A stretch of DNA of 64,000 nt. It comes from Gnetum montanum. Its lineage: Eukaryota; Plantae; Gnetophyta. Position numbers and translations under genes: made by a program. The stretch spans positions 321,823 through 385,822 of the forward strand of contig MNCI01003159.1 of the NCBI GenBank assembly GCA_015680685.1, given 5' to 3'. Shown here one piece after another: positions 11,219 to 22,939 of the stretch. The notes beneath the pieces were generated by a model that worked only from the letters and a program-made list of their open reading frames with translations, ran no database searches and had not been told where the DNA came from. Within the stretch, counting starts at the first letter, position 1. Each line of letters begins with the position of its first letter.

Positions 11219-14200
11219 AATCCGCTGCTGCCGCCGCTACTCCTGCCCCTGCAAAGCATATCATTATTGGAGCGCCCGCTTCGGCGGATACTGCATCGCC
11301 TGCTGCTTCAAATGCTGATCATGATCAGAAAGCTAAATCAAGTGATGATACGACGCACCAGAAGATGGATATCGATGTTCCGGATGTGTCTGCCAAGGAC
11401 ACTTCTGTGTCGTCTTCTGCTTCCCACAGCGCAGCAGGTCTCATGCGTAATTTCTTATGCAGTCTTTATTGGAAACTACCTGTCCGTATTCTAATGTTAC
11501 GACGATTGAATATTACGGAATACTGTCTACGTTTAATAGTAACACTAAAATGAATTGACGTAGTGTTTACTCTATTTAGCCTGGAGGAATGAAAAGCTAA
11601 CTCGATTTGCTATTGAATGGTCCACAGAGAAGGTGGTGTCAGGCATGAAATCACTCAAGCTCAAGGACAGTAAGGCGGCTCAGGGTAATTTTATTTATGG
11701 CATTTTATTGTTAGGTTATCGGTTGTGCTGTTTAGGAATATTCAACATTTAATTTGTTAGCGTTTGTATATGATGTAGTGGAAGCTGAACAAAAACACGA
11801 AGAAATGCAGGAGAATTTTGAGGACGTAGAGGAGGATGAGGCATTAAAGAAGCCTCACATGAATGTAGTTTTCATTGGTCATGTTGGTATGCGAAATTTT
11901 TCTCATAAAATTATTATGGACTTGATTTTTCTTGGTAGTTTTGAAGTATAAAATTAGGCTTTATAATATCATTGAACATATGCTTATTGGTCGTGCAATT
12001 GTTTTAAAAAAAGTATATAATGTTCATGATAGATGCTGGTAAGTCTACCACTGGAGGACAAATCTTGTTTTTGTCAAACATGGTTGATGAAAGAACAATT
12101 CAAAAGTATGAAAAGGAAGCAAAGGAAAAGAATAGAGAGAGTTGGTAAGATTTTGTCGTTTTCATAACATGGAATGCTATATTCACTGGAATGATATTAT
12201 AGAGATAATGAAGTAGCCTTTGTTTTTCAAAATATGAGATTCAAATCTATGATCTTTTAAACACCCTAAAGACCCAATGTCCTTAATGTAATGATTCGGT
12301 TAGTGTTTCTATTGAAAGCTACTTCATATGTGTGAGTCTTTGTTAACAATTTTGTTAACTTAGGTACATGGCATATATTATGGATACAAATGAAGAAGAG
12401 AGAGCAAAGGTATTATAAAGATTTCAACTGTTATTAGTTTCAAGTATGAATGCACCTCAGAAAAGATTTTTAGTTGCTTCTTAAATTGAAAAAAATTTAA
12501 AACAAATCCTCTTACTTCAGGGCAAGACAGTAGAAGTTGGAAGGGCACACTTTGAGACTGATAGAACAAGGTTCACAATTTTAGATGCTCCGGTAAGTTT
12601 TAACAAGTCCAGTGTTTCTTCTGATTATCCATGTTGCATATTTTAAGGGCAGGAGTCTTCATTTTGTTGAAAGATTATTTTTACCAGCAAACTTCTATCA
12701 TGTTTTATTTCTTTAACAAAGAATTTGAAATTATACCGTTATTACTGGTTTTATTTCCAATGCAATAAAAGTGCTTAAAATTTTTTTTCAAGATACACAA
12801 TTTGAACTTGACAAATGGAGAAAGCTCATAGAGTGAACAAAATAAAATATATCAAAAGGCCTTATTCATTATTGCAATTGTCAATGGAAACTGTGTGAAG
12901 ATATTTATATCATAAAAGTATGTAATTGTTGCATGTAGAAGTTTTCAGAAATAGAGTAAAAGAAATTTTTTGTTGCAGCCAAATGTTGCTTAGCAAGGAG
13001 AGGCACCCAGATTGGCTGAAATGTAGGTTGAACTTATTACATTAATGTGATGGGAGATTAACAATCTTATTGGTCCATCATTGCAAATGCCTTTTTTACG
13101 AACTCTTTTTTTGAGTATTGTTTTTTTAAGTGTTCATTTATTAATATCTGTAATTGGTGTGTTGCATTTATTTTGTTATTTTTAAATAATATCCAAAATA
13201 GTTTAGAGTACTTTTAAATTGCTATGTTATGTTTTTGTTTATGGATTCACTATTTATGCAACTAAAGAACAAACTAGCACATTTAAATTTGACATGCTGC
13301 CTTTTTAGATTTATATGTTATTATTGTTTGTGAGATATTTTTGCCATGATCTAGATTGTTATTTTGTTCATTAGTTGTTGCAAAATCATCAATTTAAAGT
13401 ACATAGCAGATTTTTTAAAAGACAGTAATTTGGCATAGTTGTAATAATGAGATGTTAGCTTAGTGGGAAGAGCTTTGGCATGGAAACCCCAGGTCACAAG
13501 TTTGATTCCAGTAAATAACACTAACATATGGATTAAAAAAAATTTCCATAAAAGGGATTCTGAAATTGTTCTGTCCCATAGAACCAGGAGGGTGTCTTAG
13601 TAGATGTGAGTAAAAATTCAATTTCATAGACTGTAATTTAGAGGGTCAATTCTGAAATTTTTGCTTTTTTACAGGGCCACAAAAGCTATGTACCTAACAT
13701 GATCAGTGGAGCTTCTCAGGCTGATGTAGCTGTGCTGGTATGGTTCTTTGAAATTGAGTTTGCATGAGTTGATTATCTGATGTGGTTAGTTACTCTATTC
13801 TTGTTTGTGCTGAAATTGCAGGTTATATCAGCTCGTAAAGGTGAATTTGAAACAGGATTTGAAAAAGGAGGACAAACTAGAGAGCATGCAATGTTGGCAA
13901 AGACCTTAGGTGTTAGTAAATTAATTTGTGTTGTTAATAAAATGGATGATCATACGGTTCAGTGGAGCAAAGAGAGGTTAGTTATGCCATATGTTTTATC
14001 TGCATGCCAACATATTGATATCAAATAATTAGCAAAATGAAATTTCTTACTTGCATATTCAGGTATGATGAAATTGAGAAGAAGATAAGTCCGTACTTGA
14101 GGGCATGTGGCTACAATTTGAAAAAAGGTATGACTTGAATGATATTTAATAAATTAGTTTGAGAGGAAATTTGTAAGTTAGTGACTAAGACATTCTAGAT

Positions 14201-17200
14201 AACAAGTTTTCTATTGACTGTTAATTCTCGAAAAATTTGTGCTTGTATACAGTGATTAAAAAATTGGCAAATATTAGGAAAATGTTGGCATGTTTAAAAA
14301 AGGCAATATTTTGGAGGTTCCATGTTGCACATCATGTAAATATGCATAGGGAACATAGACAATACAATTAAATGCACAGAAACTAAAAAACATATTAATA
14401 AAGAGCATAATCAATATATAAAGTTTTAACGTATATTACCATAAGCTTAAATACTATTAAGGCTCATTTGTTCACAAAATATAATCCAATGAAGTCTTAA
14501 AATGATGTATCATGTTACATTAATGTCTAATTGTAAAATGTTTACAATATATTAAACATAAATCAACAATGTAACTATAAATCAGATGCATCGTTTGGAT
14601 GTTTGGTGTAGCTCTATCTCCTTTTCCCTTTGACTTCATCCTCTAAAATTGATTTTATTGGGTATCCACCGTAGTAGCTCTATTTCTAAATGTTCATTCA
14701 TGGTTATCAAAGGCTCCTTTTGTAAAGTTACATTAAAAGGCATATCAGCTCTATTCATGAGACCATTGCAAATGCATAAAATGGGTAATCTACATTGTTC
14801 ATAGCTTTATAGGCCTTATGTTCCAACAGTACCATTACTGTTATGGTTTTATCTATCAAGAAGGGTAATACGTTTGTTAGTTTCTATTAATTTTGTTAAT
14901 TTTTAAGGACAATTGTTTTTATGTTCGGTTTCTGTTTTTTTAAAAAATCTTCAATTGAAATAAATTATAAATATTTTATTATATTTGAAGGATGTTTTTA
15001 AAGAAAAAGCTGCTGTTTTTCAGCTTTTTTAAAAAAGTTGGGTTGCTCCAAATTGGTGATTTTTTCATTGGTGACATTTTCCCGAGGTGGCAAAAAAGGA
15101 CAAACTTTTTAATCGCTGCTTGTATAAAATGGGAATGGAGTTCTCAAGTGTTCCTGTTTATTTTTCTATGAGTATGCGTGAGTACATTTTTGCAATTTAT
15201 GAAAAGCTTTTTTAATAAATAAGTAATTTAAGCTACTTCTCTGTATCAGATGTGACATTTATTCCTATATCGGGTCTTAATGGCTCAAACATAAAACAGA
15301 GGCTTCCCAAAAGCATGTGTGATTGGTGGAATGGTCCATGCCTTTTTGAAGCATTAGATGATGTGGAACTACCTCCTAGAGATCCTCGAGGTCCTGTTAG
15401 GTATGTGATTATAGTGTCTGGCCTCAAATTATTTTTCCTTTTCTAAATGGTTTTGTTTTTTTATCCTTTCGTCACTTATGTATTCAGTCCAATTCGGATT
15501 TCAAGATTGCTTTTAAATCCTTTATGTAATGATTGTGACAGTGCTATGGTAAAGTGAGTTTTTATTTTCATTTATATTCGGTTAAGAAATTGCTAGATTA
15601 AGAACCTTTAGAAATAACTTTTGTTTGAATTGTATGTTCCCTTATTGAAATGTATTTCATGTTTGCGATGTTTGGGGAAGATACTTGGTTCAAAATTTTT
15701 GACTTAATTTATCATTACTCTAGTTACATTATATAGAATGGTAAATTTCAATGGAATGAAATTAGTGTATGAGATTACAAGATTTCTCAGCTTTTATATC
15801 AGTCTGCCTAATGGTTTATTTGAAACATGATGCTATTTCAGAATGCCAATCATTGATAAGTTTAAAGATATGGGAACCGTAGTTATGGGAAAAATAGAGT
15901 CAGGGACCATCAGGCAGGGAAGCAGTTTAATGGTGATGCCTAACAAGGTGTGTTCTTTGTTGCCCTGATTAGATCGTTCACATTTTAATACGTTTGTAGC
16001 TATTTCCTGACAGTTTTCTTATGTTGACTAGGCTCATGTGAAAGTTGTTGCTGTATATCATGAAAGTGATGAGGTAAAGTACGCAAGGCCTGGGGAAAAT
16101 GTTCGAGTGAAAATTTCCGGTGTAGAAGAAGAGGATATATCTTCTGGCTTTGTTTTATCATCAATTAGTAAGTTCTTATTTCTATAAACTATAAATCCTT
16201 GTAGTTTTATTACGTGCTAAATTCTATCCACGTGGTGTCCCAGGGATTTAGGGGACATTGCAGTTTCATCCAATTTCTTTTTCAAAATTGTTTCAATATA
16301 GACTGCTGGAAGGTAATCCTGTGACTTGGGATTACAAACTATCACAAGGAGCTATGCCACATTCATATACACTAGATCGTTGACAAGTTGCAAAACATTA
16401 TTTTCTATTGTGCTTCTAACCTTCCACCTTAGTTGCTACAATTCCATCTCAAAGGTTGAGTTGGTTGGGTTGCATGTCTCTCCGCCAATCAAAATGCAAG
16501 TGACGTCTCATCAGTTGTTGATGTATGTGACTACGGCTATTAAAGGAGACCTTTCCTTCTATATATCTTCTTTGTAACATGCTTCGCATTTTTACGTCTT
16601 TTATTGCCAACAATTTGGTTCTATGCTTAATATATATTTATTCTTGACAGATTTTTAATTGATTTTTAGATGCGAATTTTCTCCATGTGGATGTGGTTTT
16701 ATGAGTTGCCATTTTTAGTCCTTGTTGATCCAGAGGCTAGCTTTACAGGCATCCAATCTATAGTCTTGTTTTTTTCTTTTTCTTTTCGCAATGAGGTGGT
16801 AGTTCAACTGATAATGCATTGGTTTGGGAACCAAAATGTTGCAAGTTCAAGCTATGACATAGGTATGGGTAACCTGTGAAGTGGTTTCGGGAGTTAAGGG
16901 AAGAAGCAGGTTATAGTAAACAGATTCTATGATCCTCAGGGCATATAGCTATTTCAAATACCCATATACAAAGCCCGCAAGATTCCCCTTTCACATAATC
17001 ATTTGGAATGGCCAATAAATTTAGCAAGGAAACATTTATGTTGAGCTTTCATTTTATCCTACAAGGCTGTTAAACTTTCACAAGATAGATAAAAATTGTG
17101 TTATTTGTGCCAGGTAAACCAATTTCTGCAGTTACGGAGTTTGACGCTCAGCTACAGATACTGGAGCTTCTAGACCACAAAGTACATTCTTTGGTTTTAT

Positions 17201-17740
17201 TTTTAATCTAAGATCCTGATATATTTGCCTTGATTTATATTTCACTGAAGAGGATTTGTGAATATTAATTTTTGTATTATTTATGCTCAAGGCAATATTT
17301 ACTGCTGGATATAAAGCTGTTCTCCACATCCACTCTGCTGTGGAAGAATGCGAGATAATTCAACTCGTAGAACAAATAGATCAAAAGACGAAGAAACCAA
17401 TGAAGAAGAAACCACTTTTTGTTAAAAGTGGAGCAGTGGTGGTTGTTCGCATACAGGTTAGAGACATAGATAAGCTTTTTAACTTTGCATGGTATTGTCT
17501 ATGCACAGTAATGGTGACCAACAATAATTTACCAGGTTAATGATACCATTTGTGTGGAAAAGTTCTCCGATTTTCCTCAACTTGGAAGGTTCACATTACG
17601 GGATGAAGGTACTAACATTGTAGATGATTTGCCATGCTTTTGTAAATTTTGTTACACGTCTGAATTTCTAAATTTTTGTGATGATTCTTTTAGGTAAAAC
17701 TGTAGCGATTGGTAAAGTTGTCAAGTTATGGACAGCCTGA
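10804..17740 (+). CDS. eRF3: Eukaryotic peptide chain release factor GTP-binding subunit eRF3 (Sup35/GSPT1 ortholog), ~685 aa, 16 coding exons
   Basis: Exons, all GT-AG and phase-consistent: 10804-11437, 11628-11684, 11779-11886, 12033-12144, 12364-12409, 12521-12592, 13675-13737, 13822-13976, 14063-14127, 15250-15400, 15842-15947, 16032-16167, 17114-17181, 17292-17456, 17536-17608, 17694-17740. Motifs: [95 protein letters not shown], and C-terminal [17 protein letters not shown]. The small exon 2 is the least certain. Confidence 0.95.
11170..11217 (+). repeat. (CCTGCT)8 coding microsatellite encoding (Pro-Ala)8 in the eRF3 N-domain
   Basis: Perfect hexamer repeat read directly from the sequence. 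Confidence 0.9.
13444..13620 (+). mobile_element. tRNA-derived SINE, family A2, in an eRF3 intron
   Basis: TAGCTTAGTGG A-box and GTTTGATTCC B-box. Aligns over ~170 bp with 43690-43860. Confidence 0.65.
14250..15118. mobile_element. Non-autonomous hAT element (869 bp) in an eRF3 intron
   Basis: TIR CAGTGATTAAAAA (14250-14262) / TTTTTAATCGCTG (15106-15118), with a perfect 8-bp TSD CTTGTATA at 14242-14249 and 15119-15126. Confidence 0.85.
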
Positions 17741-17800
17741 CTGACTACCATGACCAGCTTCTTTCAGCAATCCCTAAATAATGGCTAATAAATGTACAAG

Positions 17801-17908
17801 GTACAGTAGTGCTTTACACATACAGAGCTTTACACTCTTCTGGTTCTGATCAAAGTTTATGTGATGTTCAAGAAACTCACAATTTCAAATTTTCATTTTT
17901 GTTGACAG
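17801..17908 (+). other. Predicted 108-nt intron in the eRF3 3'UTR, 60 nt downstream of the stop codon
   Basis: Donor AAG|GTACAG (GTAC donors are also used at 17182 and 17609), branch-like CTCAC at 17876-17880, U-rich tract, acceptor TTTTTGTTGACAG|GT. The size matches other short introns of the gene. Confidence 0.7.
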
Positions 17909-20379
17909 GTGCTTTAATTCTATAGAGATTTATGATCTGGCTCTTATAGATATGTTCCTGTTAACTTTTTCTTAAATGAGTTCAGGGAATTGTATCATCG
18001 TTTAAACAAGCAAAGCAGTTTGAATGTTTGAGGGTGAAACACTCGATTTTATTCTCAGTGTTGATCAAATTTATTGTTGATCTAGTTACTTTTTGTTAAT
18101 TCTCTAGCTGAAATTAGTCAGCAGTATTTCTTTTCAGAATTATGCATTTTGGGTCTTGGATTAGCAGTTTCCTTTGATACCTATTCGTACATGAATTGTA
18201 CCGGATATATGTTATTGCTGCCGTTTTAATTTGCAGTTTATTAATATAAATTTGTATAATTTTCGTTAATTTATCGATTTTTATTGCAGTTTCATTTGTG
18301 TTTGCTGGTGATTTGAAAGGGAAGTTCTGTTGTACGTAGTTTGCGTCGTTTTGTTTCAACCGCATACAGGAACTTGGAAATTTCCCTCCTGAAGGGATTT
18401 CTACGCTACAGACCTGTTTCACGTGAACCCTTAATCTCACTAAAATCAGTGTAATACGATCGATGTCGGTTTGCCTGTCTGGGTTTGAATGAATACCAAA
18501 GTGTATGATTCATTAGATTCATCAATATGCGTACAAGAACGTTGTGAATGCAAATGACATTGGAATTGCGGGTGGTGCTGGAACCGAAGTTGGTATTTGT
18601 ATTGGTATTCTGAATTTGCAGTACGGCGGCTAGTTGATTAACTATCTCAACTATCTGTCAACGATTTTAAAATCAGCGGTTACATGATACGAAACGCTAC
18701 TATTCGGGTTTAAAACGTGAAACTAACATGACCGGATAAATAGAAGAATTTATCGAAATTTTAAAGTTGGATATATCTGTTATATTTAACACAATAGTTA
18801 TAGTGTAACATATTTAGCAAATTTGGCTGGAGTGTGAACTAAGCATATTAACATGCAAAACAAATCCTTGGATGTAAAACTTGGAGGCTGTTCATGTTTT
18901 TTTTATTTATGAAGATTTTGATTCTGTTTGGACGCTTGATTCAGATGTAAAACATTGGCCTTTGGCATGTTTGCAATTGGATGGCTTGGTGAGGGTTGTG
19001 ATCTTACATTTATAAGATTAAAAAGATCTAAAGACTCAATGTTCATTTCCCAAGGTAAGGGGTGAAAGCTTAAACTCCCTTAAAGCTTAAACTCTTTTGA
19101 GGGAATGAGGAAAAGCTTAAATCTTTTTTCCAGTGGTTGTATCTAAGCTTGTTCTTATTGACTTTAATAAATTACTGTTGAGATATACATGCTCTTATGT
19201 TTGAATACGTCATCTTAAGATGTTTGGAAGTTAACCTGAATATGCTACGTTTGTTTTTAATTTAAAAAATCTATTCGCGTATGGTCCCAATGGAAAAAAG
19301 AAAGAAAAAATGCTACTGGTTGCTTTAAGCAAATTCCTTTCTTTGAGCTGGAAAACGTTTCAAGCAAATTGTGACTTGTGCACGTAAACCTGAGAAAATG
19401 TTTAGTTACTAACTCATTTTAAATGCAATTTGAATTTATGGGTTGAAAACTTAGGGGTGGGGAAATTTGAAATCTTTAAAAGCATAACTTGGGTAAAAAC
19501 TTCAGATCTGATTCAGTAACAAAGTCTCAAGATTATTCATTAGCAATTTTTGGCATTCTTTTTACCGGAAATTTGTGCTTCCCTGCAGATCGTTGAGGAA
19601 TCAGACTTATCGTTAAATGCAACTTCGATGATGATTATTAGGTGATAGGTTTTCTCGTTTTCTGTCTCTGCAAATTTGGTGCTGTGATGCAATTCGTGGC
19701 GTCACTTGCTAAAGTTGATTGCAAGAGGACATGGTCCTGCAGATTCCACGTCGCCGGAAACCCATGCTTTTTTAACAGCCACATAACTTCTTTACACTGG
19801 TTGACTTTCGCATCAAAAGAAAGAAATATTTTAAAAGAGATTAGGTCATTTGTGGGAGCCGTACCATAAATTTAAAAAGAAAATAAAAGTTTAAGCAGTA
19901 GCGATCTGAATTTAAAGGGAGTGAGGTTGTATTTGCGTTGACTTGTTGGTGGTGGGGCAACTGGGAATTCGGAAATAGTACGGCCGTTATACAACTAACA
20001 CTGTCAACTCCAACGAAGGCCGGGATGTTTCGGGAAAGCAATCACGAGGCTAAGAAATATAAAATAATTTGCTCAGAGCCCCAGGCGCTGAGAAATATAA
20101 AATAAGAAAGAAGTTGAATTTCCTCGGAGCTCGGGGCAGAGGTTATGCTAGCCCATGGGATCTGCTCCACTTCTACTCGTTTCTGGACTCCTCCAGCGCT
20201 TTGTCTTCTTCGCTGTGTAACCATCACCAATGTCTGTCTGTCTAGACGCTCGACGCTTTCGCCAATCGCGGATCATGATCATGGTTCACGGATTCACATA
20301 TACACCTTTCAATTTGCCGATCAGCGAGACTCAGCATATCGAATGCTAAAAAAACGGATCGTCTGCTGTTAAGCCGTGA

Positions 20380-21440
20380 TCAATACAACTCTAGAACAAC
20401 ATCTGCAGTAGACACAACAAATGCGAACACAGACATTAGAATGATGAGATACTGATGGTAAAATACTAAATAATGCATAGTTGAGTTCTTTAGGGCCTCG
20501 GAGTAGAAATCCAACTCACATTCTGTCTCGGTTTTGATCTTGTAACCTCTGCTGTGAGGCAGAGACGCAGACATGATGTGAAGAGGCACCGAGGAGGCGT
20601 TCTTCTCGTCTTCATCTTCAGGCGAGTGTGCCAATTGATGCTTATGCTTTTTCTTCATGAATACACGTTTCATTTTGCTTAGCATTGGTCTCTCAATGTT
20701 GTCGAATGATTTCATGGAACTGCCACCAGGGGGTGCTTTCTTGAGAGTGTGTGTTTCCTTTCGACCGGAACGCAGGAGGCTTAGCTCGTTTTCATCTTTT
20801 CTTCTGAAGAAAATGAGATTTGCGAGAAGGCTGACGCAATGCATATCGGTCAGCATAGCCTGGCGGCCGGAGTATTTGAATGTTGTTGTTTCCGGTGCAC
20901 GATCGTTAGTTATGCCGAAGAAACACGGCTCGCCTTGCATTACAACGCGTACGCACTTCATGTCGACGTTGTCTGCTTTCTCATCATGCTCGCGTTGAGA
21001 CGAGCACGGTTCTACTTTCAGGAGCTCTAATCCGAGCGTTCCCACGGCCAAGCACGGCCGCTCTTCCTCCATTTTGACGGACCTGAACAACGGGAACAGA
21101 GCTGTAGCTTCCGAGCCTTGTGTATTAATGCCGCGCCCTCTCCGAACGTTTTCCTTTGCCTTTCCTGCAAAACTCCATCTCATCCTATTTAGCTATCTTA
21201 TACAAAGTTAGACAGTACATTCTTTGCACTTGGATGCAAACGTATACTTTTGTGCTTGTGCAGATACCTGAAATGGAGGATCGATTCGGATGCTTTGAAT
21301 TGAGGACGAGGCTTGGATGCAACCACGACATGATTCCCTGCACGGCACAAAGCAAATGAAAATCAAGATCTGAGCAAAAATGGAGGCGAGAGATACAACA
21401 TCATTGTACAAAGAGGTAGAAATCAGGTAAAAACCTTCAT
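20380..21440 (-). CDS. LAZY1/IGT-family (LAZY/DRO1/NGR-like) gravitropism protein
   Basis: Characteristic 6-nt first coding exon ATGAAG|GT (21440-21435). Exon 2 starts at 21192 (MK-LNRMRWSF) and has the IGT-like motif CLAVGTLG. Splicing 20520|20402 (GTGAGT..TGCAG, 117 nt) yields C-terminal IKTETEYVVLELY*, matching the LAZY domain V/CCL motif (KTDxxYxVLEL). A further in-frame intron at 20956-20804 is possible. Confidence 0.8.
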
Positions 21441-21521
21441 GTTTGCTAGCTGAGTAGCGACGAGCTTCAGTTTCGTGCGATTGAAACGAGAGTAGCGGAT
21501 GAGTTACACGCAGAGACCTCC

Positions 21522-21532
21522 AGTATATATAG
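21522..21532 (-). promoter_or_regulatory. Probable TATA box of the LAZY-like gene
   Basis: CTATATATACT on -, ~85 nt upstream of the ATG at 21440. Confidence 0.5.
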
Positions 21533-22939
21533 AAGTCGAGTGCGGGAATAGCGAAAGCTATATCCAGTGGAAATTTAGGTAATTGAAACGTGCCGGCGAG
21601 AGAGAATGTCCACGCTGAGCAAAATCGGGATGCGGCAGCAACGAAGGCCCTAGTTGCGCAAAAGCAACGATCTGTGCATGTGCATTTGCATGCCACATGC
21701 GGTTGGCAATGGTCCAACGAGCTGCGAGCGGCCAAGGCAAAGTTAGGTCTCACGCATCCCCAGTCTCCAATGTGGCTTCCATTATCGTTCTCCTGAAACT
21801 TCTGCGTTTTTATCCTTTTCCTTGGACCTCCCTCCGTTGGTTTCTCCATTTGACAGTTTGACTCCCATCATTTTTGGTTCTAGGAACCTGTGCTTACCTG
21901 CCATTGCTGCCCCTGTGCTCGGTTGTCCTTTTTGACATGCAAAGTCATCCCATGTGTTTTGGTTTTACGTCTATGCTCGTTGTATAGCTGGATTCGCCTT
22001 TTCTGATGCTCACCGAACTTGGTCTGGTTGCGTTATGGCAGGTTTGATCTACCGTATCAGGATGTGTAATGATGGGAGATACGCAATAAGGCGTCCTGCT
22101 TCGTTGGAATGACTGCCTAGGTCGGTAGTCCTTTTGTCTGAAGGCTGCAACTCGGGGAGGTCAGTGTGTTTTCATGTTAATTTTAAGTTTCCACTATTCC
22201 ACTGCCGTTCGACGCTTGTAAAGTTCCATACTGTAACGCTCTTTGAACCGATGCTGCGTTTCGCAGTTCGATTTCAATTTGGCTGCAACTTGCCTTGGTA
22301 GCTTTGAGAAATGGAGTGCCGTACGCTAGAAATTTTGCAGAGTTCACTCGTTCATAATTCTCGAAACACTACTGTAGTATTCCAGCATGTGAAGGGTCCT
22401 TTTTTACTTGAAATTGAAAACGCAGTGGCGTACTGCTGGTTAATCGCTTTGCAACCATTGATCCATAGCGAGTCCTCTAATAAAACTGAATCAAAGGGAA
22501 GAAAATCTCAAGAATTATCCAGAATTTGTGCACGCTACGCTCCATATGGCATTGCACTTTACATAAAACTTTTCTGGATGAAACTTTTCCGGGAATGTAA
22601 ACGCGCTCCTATTACCCTGGGAACGCATGTAACAGACGTTTAATATTTAGAAAATTAAAAATTAAATTTTATAATTTAACTTTATCACAATAACTGTAAA
22701 GTATAAGAAATAATCTATGAATGCTATATGTTACAAGCTTTTTTACACAGAGATGGTAATTGAATTAATTTTCTTATTTTCTTCTTTGCAAGAAAAAGGA
22801 GTATGCAACTTGCAATTTTTTCTAACTTGGCCAGTATTTCCTATATTATCTCGTCATATATAAATTTCTATTAACTTAGAAAATCGGTAAAAATTATATT
22901 TATATATATTTCACATCCATCTAACCTTGCTACTACTAA

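Noticed and set aside
10819-11259. Minus-strand ORF with RSRSRS repeats resembling an SR protein
   Set aside because: It is the antisense reading of the (Pro-Ala)8 and (Gln-Pro)n repeats in eRF3 exon 1, and has no RRM or other support.
21208-21849. 213-aa minus-strand ORF
   Set aside because: No recognisable motifs. It runs across the LAZY promoter, TATA box, first exon (in another frame) and intron 1, so it is probably incidental.
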